Notes: generated from the sequence alone by a model not told the origin. A DNA stretch of 64,000 bases from Chamaesiphon sp. (GCA_965246715.1 CBDFFH010000054.1:4864-68863); one strand, 5' to 3'; shown: positions 1 to 8,680, counted from the stretch's first letter. Made by a program: numbers and translations.

Positions 1-1317
1 GTATAATCTAATTGAAAGCGATCTTGAGACAAACCAGAAGAAAATGCTCACCAAAAAGGAAATACAACTACTAACAGAAGTACTAAATCTAGCGGGAGTA
101 AAAGTAAATGCCAAGCACCAACATGAAGGAATTGGAATAATTTTAGGAGTTGAGTCGAGCGAAAAAATAAGTGTTTGCCAACGCTGTGGTTTGAAAAGCG
201 ACAAGTTACACCAAAACCATCGGCAAATAATCAAAGATTTGGATTGGGGAGGGCAAGCGGTATTTTTAGAAATAAATAGAAGACAATTCAACTGCGAAAA
301 ATGCCAGAAACCATTTAGCGAAGAATTAGAATTTGTCAAGTCAAGAAGAAGATACACGAAAAGATTAGCAGATCGGATAATAGAAGAAGTATTAGCAGAT
401 GACATTAGGAGTGTAGCGAAGAAGGGGAAGGTAACAGAGAAAGAAATAGAAAGAATGCTAAAGGATGCATCAGGAGATTTATCAAAAATAAAACCAATAG
501 GATTAAAAAGATTAGGGATAGACGAAATGGCATTGATTAAAGGGCAGGGAAAATATTGTGCAGTATTAATAGACATAGATCGTTCTAAATTATTGGCAAT
601 TATCGAGGGAAGAACCAAAGAAGAAATTAAGAAAGTCCTGAGAGAGTGGGGGTCAGAGGTATTAGAAGGAATCGAAGAAGTAAGCATAGACTTATGGCAG
701 GGATATAAAAGTCTAGCAATAGAAATGATGCCAAAAGCTCAGATAGTAGCAGATCGATTCCATATAATGGTACAAATAAATCAAGAATTAGATGGAGAAA
801 GAAAGAAGGAGAAGCGAAAAATCGAAGCAGAAATAAAGCAAGCAAAAACCCCAGAAGAAAAAGCGGAGAAAGCGGCTATATTAGCAGGAATAACTAATAG
901 TAAGTATCCAATATTGAAAAACGAGGAAGACTTAAATGAAGAACAGAAAGACAAGCTAGCTCAGGTAAAAAATGTATCAAGTCAGCTCGGAAAAATGCAT
1001 CAATTGAAAGAGGATTTTCGAGAAATATTTGAGAAAAAGGAAAACTGGAATGAGGGATTACTAGGCTTAGGGGAATGGCTGTCAAAAGCTCAAAAATATT
1101 TTGTCAAAAGTCAAGGGACAATTTATCGATGGTTTGATGAAATACTGGCTTATTTTGACAATGGAACAACTAGTGGAGTAGTGGAGGGAATTAATAACAA
1201 GCTAAAACTAATCAAACGTTCAGCATATGGATTTACTAATTTTGAGAATTTCCGAAATAGATGCTTGCTTAATTGGCACTTCAATCATTAATTTGGCATA
1301 CTAACTAGTGAAGAGCC
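1..1317 (+). mobile_element. ISL3-family insertion sequence, right-hand part (left end lies outside the window)
   Basis: Carries the 415-aa ISL3-type transposase ORF. 26 nt after its stop, the sequence ...CTAACTAGTGAAGAGCC (1301-1317) reads GGCTCTTCAC... inward on the minus strand, which from memory is an ISL3-type terminus. No matching left repeat in positions 1-43. Confidence 0.7.
44..1291 (+). CDS. ISL3 family transposase
   Basis: N-terminal zinc-finger cysteines (CQRCG...CEKCQ). DDE region with typical ISL3 strings (GIDEMAL, DLWQGY, IVADRFHIM, NNKLKLIKRSAYGF). Full-length 415 aa. Confidence 0.9.
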   Translation: MLTKKEIQLLTEVLNLAGVKVNAKHQHEGIGIILGVESSEKISVCQRCGLKSDKLHQNHRQIIKDLDWGGQAVFLEINRRQFNCEKCQKPFSEELEFVKSRRRYTKRLADRIIEEVLADDIRSVAKKGKVTEKEIERMLKDASGDLSKIKPIGLKRLGIDEMALIKGQGKYCAVLIDIDRSKLLAIIEGRTKEEIKKVLREWGSEVLEGIEEVSIDLWQGYKSLAIEMMPKAQIVADRFHIMVQINQELDGERKKEKRKIEAEIKQAKTPEEKAEKAAILAGITNSKYPILKNEEDLNEEQKDKLAQVKNVSSQLGKMHQLKEDFREIFEKKENWNEGLLGLGEWLSKAQKYFVKSQGTIYRWFDEILAYFDNGTTSGVVEGINNKLKLIKRSAYGFTNFENFRNRCLLNWHFNH

Positions 1318-1630
1318 GCGGATAATTCCTTCTCCACCTAGAAAGCTCACCTGTTGATTATGAATAAAAGTAGGTGATTCAATAATTTTTGTTGTCATTA
1401 CTTTAATAAAATCTCCCCATATTAGTTACTTTAATTAGAACATAAAATACCGAATTTACTCTATACCTTTAGGCATAAAATAATTCAGATGTTTTATATA
1501 TTTTGATTACATTTTATAGGAATTTATTAGGATTTTATATTTACAAAGAAGTTTATAAATAATATGCTCTGAGTCGCATTTAATTCGGTCTCAAGCGATC
1601 GGTAACGTCGATATTTTCAGACATTCCGCA

Positions 1631-2230
1631 TTATTTTTCTACTACTTGACGCACAGATGGCAGGTCATACCATGCCAGAAAGGGATACTCATGATGTTCC
1701 CAGTGATAGCCAAAGTGATAGCAGGTTAAAAATGACCAAATTAGCGAATAGTTACTACTTGTTGCATGATGGTAATTTTTAGGGTGACTCGACTCGATCG
1801 AGCCAAAGCTAAGCGGACGATGTGGTAAATAAGTGCCAAAGAAAAATAGCTGCATCGTACTCAAAAAAATCGGTAGCACCCAAAACAAAAATAGATTGAG
1901 AACGGGTGCATGAAACCCAAAATGTAGGATGATAAATATCATCCCCAGCCCCAAGAACTGAATAACTATTTGTCGAAAATTTAGATATCCTTTCATGAAT
2001 TTGAGATACCAGATAAAGCTATTGCCGTCGTGAAAATCGGGATCTCCAGCTTGTCCAGGCTGTCGATGATGTTGCCAGCGATCGATCGCAAGCTTCTGAT
2101 AATCTAAGACTGCATATAGTGTCACCACCAATCTACCGATCGAGTCATTCAATCGCTGATAGTTAGGAATTACCGAGCCGTGGATTGCATCATGAGCGAC
2201 AATAAATAACCCCGTCCGAATAAATGTTCG
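1631..2230 (-). pseudogene. crtW: beta-carotene ketolase CrtW, 5'-truncated
   Basis: Frame is open from 2230 and reads RTFIRTGLFIVAHDAIHG...HHRQPG...HWEHHEYP, the three His boxes of the CrtW/desaturase family. An in-frame TGA at 2231-2233 and no ATG cover the ~60 N-terminal residues (first TM helices) that CrtW proteins normally have. Upstream DNA is AT-rich and unrelated. Confidence 0.75.
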
Positions 2231-2453
2231 TCAGCCGCTGGGGTGAAAAAGTCAAACTATGTATCACCATTTTTGTTTCAGTCATAGACGATAGAAAATC
2301 CTAATTTTATCGATCGCATAAATAATTAACTTAGCAAATATATAATAATAGATATTGAAAATTAATTGATAATAACTTACCTCTGAATTTCAATTAATTA
2401 TTAATTATTACAGTTTCGTTGGCGTAGCCTCTCCAACGGAGAATCGCCAGCTC

Positions 2454-3681
2454 CTATCTTCCTAAACGTGAATGGTTCAGTAGTCGATCGACGAGGGTAT
2501 CCAGGCGTTTGACTCGTTGGCGCAATAATTGAAATTTTGGGCGATCGTCTTCTAAGATCCGCTCGCTCAGATCTTCTTCAATCCACTCTGATAAATTGGA
2601 GATCGCTCTTAACGGAGCTTTGAGATCGTGGGCAACGATAAAACCAAAGCGATCGAGTTCCTCATTGCGTTCGCTCAACTGTTGTTGCGCCAACATCAAC
2701 GAATGATTAAGCTGTTGCAGTTCGACAGTTTGGGCTTGGTTGATGAGTTCCAGTTGTTTGCGCTCGGTAATATCACGAGCAACTGCCAAAATTTGCCCCA
2801 CATCATCGCCAACGTCGGGGATCGGTGTAATGACTACTTCCCACCATTTCGGCGTACCTTTGGCGGTAGCACAATAACCATCAAACTTGCCAACTCCCCC
2901 AGCTTTTGCTATAGCCAAAGCACCAGCGGCAGAATCAGCATCACTACCTTGCCAAAATTCGAGCCAGTGAGTGTCAGCAACGGTGGCGAAATCGTCAATC
3001 TCCATCATGGCTTGTCCACCACTATTCATATAGAGCAGACGACCTTGTGAGTCTAAAACCGCGATCCGATCGAGATTGCTTTCTAAGATCCGTCGTGTAA
3101 ATTCTTCACTCCGGTGGAGTGCTGCTCGATCCCGCTTGCGGTCGGTAATATCGTAGACTAAACCAGACATTACTGGTAAATGTTCGCTTTGCGAACATTC
3201 GTTCGTTCGTTCGTTCGTTCGTTCGTTCGTTCGTTCGTTCGTTCGTGCAGAGATCTCGCCCTTGAGCAATAATCAGGATTGTCTCACCTTGAGGATCGCG
3301 AATTGGGGTCAGCGAAAAATCGATCGACCGCTGCCGATCGTCTGCGCCGATCGCTTCTGTTTTACAGCGAATAAATGCCCCCTGAGCTGCCTGTGCAATC
3401 GATTCTTGTAACTGCTGTTGGACTGTTGATGCAAAACTCCAACAAGCGGCTGACCAAAAAGGCAGATCGATCGCAGCTTCAGCCTCGATCCCTAGCGATT
3501 TTGCGGCGGTGAGATTCACCTCGATGAGATTACCGTTGGGTTTGAGCAATGCGATCGGCTCAGATACGTCATCGAAGATTGCCCGAAACCTTTGGGCATG
3601 ATGCTGGAGAGCGGTCGTCGCTTGTCTGTCATCGGGAAGATCCGGCATCAACAAGCGTCCGTCTAAATCTCTTGTATACAT
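2454..3681 (-). pseudogene. PAS-domain sensor histidine kinase remnant (frame-broken, lacks the HATPase_c domain)
   Basis: ORF 3106..3681 has a PAS domain (RFRAIFDD...). ORF 2454..3269 has a PAS tail (VYDITDRKRDRAAL), a full PAS domain, a coiled coil and the H-box (FIVAHDLKAPLRAI). The two ORFs are in different frames and overlap at the tetranucleotide repeat. The protein stops ~45 aa after the H-box with no ATPase domain. Confidence 0.8.
3198..3246. repeat. Tetranucleotide microsatellite (TTCG)12 +T, reading (CGAA)n / TNER repeats on the coding strand
   Basis: Direct reading of 3198-3246. Both overlapping kinase ORFs translate it as TNERTNERTNER. Confidence 0.95.
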
Positions 3682-3769
3682 CTGCTACTACTTAGGTGAT
3701 TCCCGATAAAAAAGCCACCCAGTTATAGTACTATTTTATTGGTAAGCCGAAGAAAGGAAGATAGTAGTA

Positions 3770-4324
3770 TTGTTTAGCAATAAAACCGAACTCACGTTAA
3801 GTAGTAGCCAAAGAGAAGATTTACGGCTAGCTTCTGCTAAATTAAGCGGTGTAAAACGTCGTTACTTTCAAGCAGAAATGGCAATTAAATATTGCCAAGG
3901 AAACGCTAGATTGACAGAGAGGATATTTGGTTGGAGTAGAGAAACTGTAGCACTAGGGTTAGCAGAGAAACGAACTGGAATTATCTGTGTAGGAGCGCAA
4001 ACAGGCTTTAGTGGGGCAAAAAGATGGGAGGAAAAACAACCAGAAGTTGCTGATTCACTGAAAAAATTAGCAGAGTCACATTCGCAACAAGATCCAACAT
4101 TTGCAACAACGATTGCGTATACACGATTAACAGCGGCAGAAGCCCTCAAACAATTAGCCCAACAGGGTTATATGCCGGAGCAATTGCCATCGCTGAGTAC
4201 GATGATAGAAGTTTTAAATCGAACGGGCTATCGGCTCAGAAAAGTAGTGAAAGCAAAGCCTCAAAAAAAATTGCAGAAACCAACGATATCTTCGAGAACA
4301 TCAACCAGCATCAAAAACAGTTAG
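3770..4324 (+). CDS. ISAzo13-like transposase, N-terminal part (frame 0, TTG start)
   Basis: Matches my recollection of the N-terminal region of ISAzo13-like transposases. Ends shortly after an A8 run (4263-4270). Confidence 0.7.
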   Translation: MFSNKTELTLSSSQREDLRLASAKLSGVKRRYFQAEMAIKYCQGNARLTERIFGWSRETVALGLAEKRTGIICVGAQTGFSGAKRWEEKQPEVADSLKKLAESHSQQDPTFATTIAYTRLTAAEALKQLAQQGYMPEQLPSLSTMIEVLNRTGYRLRKVVKAKPQKKLQKPTISSRTSTSIKNS

Positions 4325-4434
4325 AATCAAAGAGAATCAAACGATTAAGTATTGACTGCAAAGCGAAAGTCAATATTGGAAATTTAAGTAGAGGGGGGAA
4401 AACTAGAGGAGATAATCAAGCTAATGACCATGAC

Positions 4435-4983
4435 ATGGGCTGTGAAGAAAAATATATCCCATGTGGAATCGTTGATGAAGATACTGGAGCTTTACAGATT
4501 AGTTTTGGTAGCTCTTATAAAACAAGTGATTTTATTGCAGACACATTACAGGACTGGTGGGACATACTTCTACTGGAACAGCAGCAGACGATCGAGAAGA
4601 TCCAAATTAAGGTGGATAATGGCCCTGAAAGCAGTGGTGTGCGAACTCAGTTCTTAAAAAGAATGGTAGACTTTTCAGATAAAATTGGTAAATCTATTCA
4701 CCTAATCTATTATCCACCTTATCACAGCAAATATAATCCGATTGAAAGATGCTGGGGAGTTTTAGAAAAGCATTGGAATGGGGCAAAGTTATTAAATGTA
4801 TCAGCCATGCTAGCATGGGCAGAGAGTATGACCTGGAAAGGATTGCATCCTATTATTCAATTAAATAGTAAGATTTATCAAAAAGGTATTTCACTCAATA
4901 AATCAGCAATGAAAGAAGTGGAAAAAAGATTAGAAAGGAACCCACTACTCCCTAAATGGGACATTCTGATCCGCCCTGCCTAA
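4435..4983 (+). CDS. ISAzo13-like transposase, C-terminal DDE part (-1 frame, open from the A8 run at 4264 onward)
   Basis: Contains IHLIYYPPYHSKYNPIERCWGVLEKHW, typical of the ISAzo13-type DDE domain. The same frame read back to 4264 gives KKIAETNDIFENINQ... with no stop. Confidence 0.8.
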   Translation: MGCEEKYIPCGIVDEDTGALQISFGSSYKTSDFIADTLQDWWDILLLEQQQTIEKIQIKVDNGPESSGVRTQFLKRMVDFSDKIGKSIHLIYYPPYHSKYNPIERCWGVLEKHWNGAKLLNVSAMLAWAESMTWKGLHPIIQLNSKIYQKGISLNKSAMKEVEKRLERNPLLPKWDILIRPA

Positions 4984-5288
4984 CTGGTATGTTCTTTATC
5001 GGGAATCACCTTATGTGCATAATTGCATATTATTTGTTTGCTACTCTTGTCTGGAGCTAATCAACTACTGAAGTAACTCGCATCGCGATTTGATACGGAG
5101 TCAATATCATTCATCCTAAATTAGAAATGTGAGGGTTTTGTGAGGAAATATCAGTCAAAATAACAGATTACAGCCGAGATTGTTAGTGAGCCTAAATCCT
5201 AGTAAATTCAATTAAATATACTGAGATTACTAGTTATCTAATTCTTTAGCGTAATAAATTAACCAGATTATTAATTATCAGTACTCAG

Positions 5289-6260
5289 CTACGATCGAAT
5301 TCGTCGCGTCGTTAGCCACTCGATCGTTTGTTCGCCCAATCGGACATCATTCAACCGATCTATCTCCCGAATCCCGGTGGGACTAGTGACATTTACCTCA
5401 GTTAGATAGCCCCCGATGACATCGATCCCGACGAAATACAACCCCGCAGATTGTAACTTGGGCGCGATTGAGTTACACATTTCATACTCCCGATCGGTAA
5501 TATCGACTTTAGCACTGCGCCCACCTACTGCCATATTCCCCCGAAACTCCTTTCCTGTGGGAATCCGATTCACTGCACCCAAAGGTTTTCCATCGAGTAA
5601 AATAATCCGCTTATCCCCCTCCTTGGCGGCAGGGAGAAATTTCTGAATCATCACGGGTTCCCGGCCACGTCCCGTACTTACTTCAATCAGCGAATTGAAA
5701 TTGCGATCGTCTGGTTCGAGCATAAAAATCCCCTCACCACCTTTACCACCTAGCGGTTTGAGGACGGCTTTGCCATGAGTCTCCAGAAACTGCCGAATCA
5801 CGACCTTGTCACGCGAGACGATCGTTTCTGTCATCCATTCGGCAAATTGCAACGCAAACATCTTCTCATTCGCTGCCCGTAAGCCATAGGGACTATTTAC
5901 CACCAATGTTTGATTCGGATCGATACAGTCAAGAATATAGGTAGTGTAGAGATAAGCCACGTCCACAGGTGGGTCTGTCCGCATGAAGACAGCATCCATT
6001 TCTTCAAGTTGACTAAAAACCTCGTCGCCCAGCCGATACCATTCTTGCTGCGCCACCCAGCGCTCGCCTTGGAGTTCTACCGGAATGAGTTTGACCGATC
6101 GCAAGAAAGCCCATGCTTTACCGCCGACGACGCTCAATTTCTCGGCTTGAGTAATCCAGACTTCATGCCCCAGGCGATCTGCTGCTTCCATCAGCGCCAC
6201 GCTGGTATCGTGGGTAGGATCGAGTTTGGCGAGCGGATCGATAATAAATGCTAGTTTCAT
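5289..6260 (-). CDS. gshB: glutathione synthetase (ATP-grasp)
   Basis: MKLAFIIDPLAKLDPTHDTSVALMEAA N-terminus and ATP-grasp C-terminal half, typical of prokaryotic GshB. 323 aa. Confidence 0.9.
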   Translation of the reverse strand: MKLAFIIDPLAKLDPTHDTSVALMEAADRLGHEVWITQAEKLSVVGGKAWAFLRSVKLIPVELQGERWVAQQEWYRLGDEVFSQLEEMDAVFMRTDPPVDVAYLYTTYILDCIDPNQTLVVNSPYGLRAANEKMFALQFAEWMTETIVSRDKVVIRQFLETHGKAVLKPLGGKGGEGIFMLEPDDRNFNSLIEVSTGRGREPVMIQKFLPAAKEGDKRIILLDGKPLGAVNRIPTGKEFRGNMAVGGRSAKVDITDREYEMCNSIAPKLQSAGLYFVGIDVIGGYLTEVNVTSPTGIREIDRLNDVRLGEQTIEWLTTRRIRS

Positions 6261-6541
6261 GCGTTCAGGGGATAAAAATCTCTCTGCTGAAATTTTAACA
6301 AAACTAGGTAGGTGAATAATTTATCCACTCCGTTATTACCGACAACCCAAGCTGTAACTGTTTATTGCATTAGTCGTATCCGTTAGTCCGGATAAAATTA
6401 TATTTCCAAATTACTCACTCCGAATTGGAAAGACAAGACATTCAGCCAAAGTTATTGGTGAAATAACACCAATGATATCTCGATCTAATCTGGCGAAAAT
6501 TGGCTCTACTCGATCGAAGAAATTGGAGTTGCGTTCTATAA

Positions 6542-6685
6542 AGGATTTTAGATGTCTTTTCTGGTCCAGATTTTCTCCACTGGGTAATGGATAGTTGTCA
6601 CTGGATTGTTGATGTCGTATTAAGACCCAATGGCAGCAAAGGTTTTGTCCTTTTACCTAAACGCTGGACTGTGGAAAGAACTTAA
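6542..6685 (+). pseudogene. IS4/IS5-family (DDE_Tnp_1) transposase C-terminal remnant
   Basis: A short open stretch reads ...HWIVDVVLRPNGSKGFVLLPKRWTVERT*. The GF-VLPKRW-VERT motif is the conserved C-terminal block of IS5-type transposases. Bounded by stops, with no upstream DDE domain. Confidence 0.5.
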
Positions 6686-6694
6686 TGGGAAGCG

Positions 6695-6742
6695 CCGCGA
6701 ACGATCGAATGAGATTTCATTCGATCGTTCGCGGACATTTTT
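6695..6742 (+). terminator. Perfect 18-bp stem / 4-nt loop hairpin followed by a T5 run (terminator-like)
   Basis: CCGCGAACGATCGAATGA (6695-6712), GATT loop, TCATTCGATCGTTCGCGG (6717-6734), then ACATTTTT. Confidence 0.35.
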
Positions 6743-6922
6743 CGCTCTAGGATTTGTTGCCGATACTCCCAGATAATTAGCAATCCAATTGGTGAGCGCG
6801 GGATGCCCAGTAGCCGATCGCTAAACTGATACCGACACCCCATAATAACCATTGAGTCATATTCTTCACTCCAAATATGTGCAAACTATTTCTTCAATCT
6901 TGACGACTCGCTCGATAATTAC

Positions 6923-7300
6923 TTAATACTTTCTGACTGCATTTCGCTCTATAATTTGTTCTCGGCGGTACAGGGAAAACGGTAGAGCGCAAGAAAGCCC
7001 GATCCCAAATGTTAGTCCGATATAGAGTAAAACCCCTAGACGAGAAGATCCTAATCGTTTGAGTTCGATCGAGACAAAAGTAAAAAAGACGCTCGCACTA
7101 ATCAGCAGATCGCTTGCCCAAGCAGTTGCAATATTATTCGCAAACGTGCGTTGGAAAAATAAGGTTGGAGACATTAGTGCGGAGGGATCTTGTAATATCC
7201 AAAACCAGGGTGCGATCGAACCCACGATCGCGAGTAACAGATAAAGTGTTTTGAGAGAGTTAAATGGGTGGGTTGTCGAGATATTTGTTGATGTTGACAT
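6923..7300 (-). CDS. small integral membrane protein (DUF2834-like, from memory)
   Basis: 125 aa with 3-4 predicted TM helices (LYLLLAIVGSIAPWFWIL...). Divergent from the neighbouring regulator. Confidence 0.5.
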   Translation of the reverse strand: MSTSTNISTTHPFNSLKTLYLLLAIVGSIAPWFWILQDPSALMSPTLFFQRTFANNIATAWASDLLISASVFFTFVSIELKRLGSSRLGVLLYIGLTFGIGLSCALPFSLYRREQIIERNAVRKY

Positions 7301-7404
7301 CCTTTACTTACCCTCAATTCGGTATGTCACAATCTTGGCAAAAAGGGATAATTAAAACAATTACCTGTGAGGTAATCGAAGTCATTATTTGTGTGAGTCT
7401 TGCT

Positions 7405-8247
7405 ATGCAGCAACATCTAATTGCCATTGACGATCGATCGGATTCATTTGGAACGCTGCTCAAACAATGGCGAGATCGCCGCAATTTCAGCCAGCTCGAT
7501 CTCGCTCTGAGCAGCGAAGTTTCCCAACGTCACATTAGTTTTCTCGAATCGGGACGCGCTAAACCCAGTCAGGAGATGGTGTTGCAATTGGCAACCGTTT
7601 TGGAAATTCCCCTTAGACAGCAGAATTTGTTATTGTCAGCCGCTGGATTTGCCCCGATTCACACCGAGACGGATTTATCGGCTCCAGAAATGGCTCCCGT
7701 GCGAAAAGCGATCGATCTAATGCTGTGTCAACACGAGCCATATCCAGCATTTGCGATCGATCGCTACTGGAATTTACTCCTAACTAATAACGGTGCAACG
7801 CGATTGCTCGGCGCGTTCATCGCTCCAGAAAAACTGCACAGTCTCTTCTATACCGACAGCAAGATTAATCTCATGCGGGTGATATTTCATCCCCAAGGGC
7901 TGCGTCCGTTTATAGTTAACTGGGAGAGCATTGTCGGCCATTCATTGCAACGACTGCATCGAGAAATGTTAATCGAGCGGGAAAGAGATCTTTCCACTGT
8001 ATTGATGAATGAACTGATGAGTTATCCAGATGTCCATCGGATCTGGCAAATCGATCGGGATACCGCCCAACATACCTTGCTATTGAACACTCATTTTAAA
8101 CGCGACGAGCTAGAGTTGAAATTCTTCTCCACGATCGCGACATTAGGCACCCCTTATGACATTACACTTCAGGAACTGCGACTCGAATGTCTATTTCCCG
8201 CAGATGAGGCAACAGAGCGCAATTGGCAACAGTTGTCTAGAGAATAA
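7405..8247 (+). CDS. XRE-family HTH transcriptional regulator with MmyB-like C-terminal domain
   Basis: HTH region LLKQWRDRRNFSQLDLALSSEVSQRHISFLESGRAKPS plus a ~200-aa C-terminal domain of the MmyB type. I place the start at ATG 7405 because the 47 codons upstream overlap the divergent gene. Confidence 0.75.
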   Translation: MQQHLIAIDDRSDSFGTLLKQWRDRRNFSQLDLALSSEVSQRHISFLESGRAKPSQEMVLQLATVLEIPLRQQNLLLSAAGFAPIHTETDLSAPEMAPVRKAIDLMLCQHEPYPAFAIDRYWNLLLTNNGATRLLGAFIAPEKLHSLFYTDSKINLMRVIFHPQGLRPFIVNWESIVGHSLQRLHREMLIERERDLSTVLMNELMSYPDVHRIWQIDRDTAQHTLLLNTHFKRDELELKFFSTIATLGTPYDITLQELRLECLFPADEATERNWQQLSRE

Positions 8248-8414
8248 AGCCTCTGCTAGTGATGCGTAATGTCCGCCTGTCTCGGCGTGCTAGACCTCCA
8301 GGCGGAAAGTGCTACTACTCACATCCTGTATTAGTATATAAGAACTGACACAACAGCCCAAAAACTTACTCCTAAGGAATAAGAATTAAATAACTTACAA
8401 TTCCTCGTTTGGTG

Positions 8415-8590
8415 GGGGCAATGTCTTGTCTCGCTTTTTACGTCGGGGAACAAAGGCGTGCGCGAGCCACTGTCTTGTCGGTTTTTTTATTCGGAGGGAA
8501 CCTCCGAATAAAACCGCCGCTTCATGAATTGCCCCTACCAAAGATTGGGGTAAGCGTAGATCTGCATCTTATTAAATCCTCATTCCTAAG
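8415..8590. repeat. Dispersed intergenic repeat, copy 1 (shares modules with 15384-15629 and 14105-14165)
   Basis: GGGGCAATGTCTTGTCTCGC...TTTACGTCGGGGAACAAAGGCGTGCGCGAGCC...CTTCATGAATTGCCCCTA...TTATTAAATCCTCATTCCTAAG recurs at 15384-15629. Contains the 11-bp-stem hairpin TTATTCGGAGG/CCTCCGAATAA. Confidence 0.8.
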
Positions 8591-8680
8591 TACTAAAACT
8601 ATTCACTATTCACTAAAACACTAATAACTTTGTTTTGATGCAAGATGTGAGACTAGTCTAATAATGGTGGTCGATCGAGT

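Larger units (their letters stand above)
3695..5010 (+). mobile_element. ISAzo13-like (IS630-related) insertion sequence, complete
   Basis: Perfect 16-bp terminal inverted repeats GGTGATTCCCGATAAA (3695-3710) and TTTATCGGGAATCACC (4995-5010). Flanked by direct TTA (3692-3694 and 5011-5013). The 1316-bp element encodes a split DDE transposase. Confidence 0.85.

Noticed and set aside
2628-3050. 140-aa plus-strand ORF antisense to the kinase remnant
   Set aside because: It lies entirely within the PAS/HisKA coding frame on the other strand and has no recognisable features.
1-5010. Composite transposon formed by the two flanking IS elements
   Set aside because: The two elements belong to different families (ISL3 versus ISAzo13-like) with unrelated ends, so they cannot mobilise the intervening DNA as a unit.
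6779-6859. 27-codon hydrophobic minus-strand ORF (MTQWLLWGVGISLAIGYWASRAHQLDC) downstream of the DUF2834-like gene
   Set aside because: It is plausible as a small membrane peptide. I have no conservation, ribosome-binding-site or homology evidence, and it is too short to call from sequence alone.
7264-7404. Upstream extensions of track ORFs (7264-7404, 23670-23762, 25361-25528, 32352-32396, 58716-58745)
   Set aside because: The extensions overlap neighbouring genes or repeat arrays and translate poorly. Internal ATGs give proteins matching the usual family N-termini.
8409-8624. Short ORFs inside repeats (8409..8624, 15448..15639, 54999..55181, 30206..30412)
   Set aside because: They run through dispersed repeat or MITE DNA. 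The copies differ by indels that do not preserve a frame.
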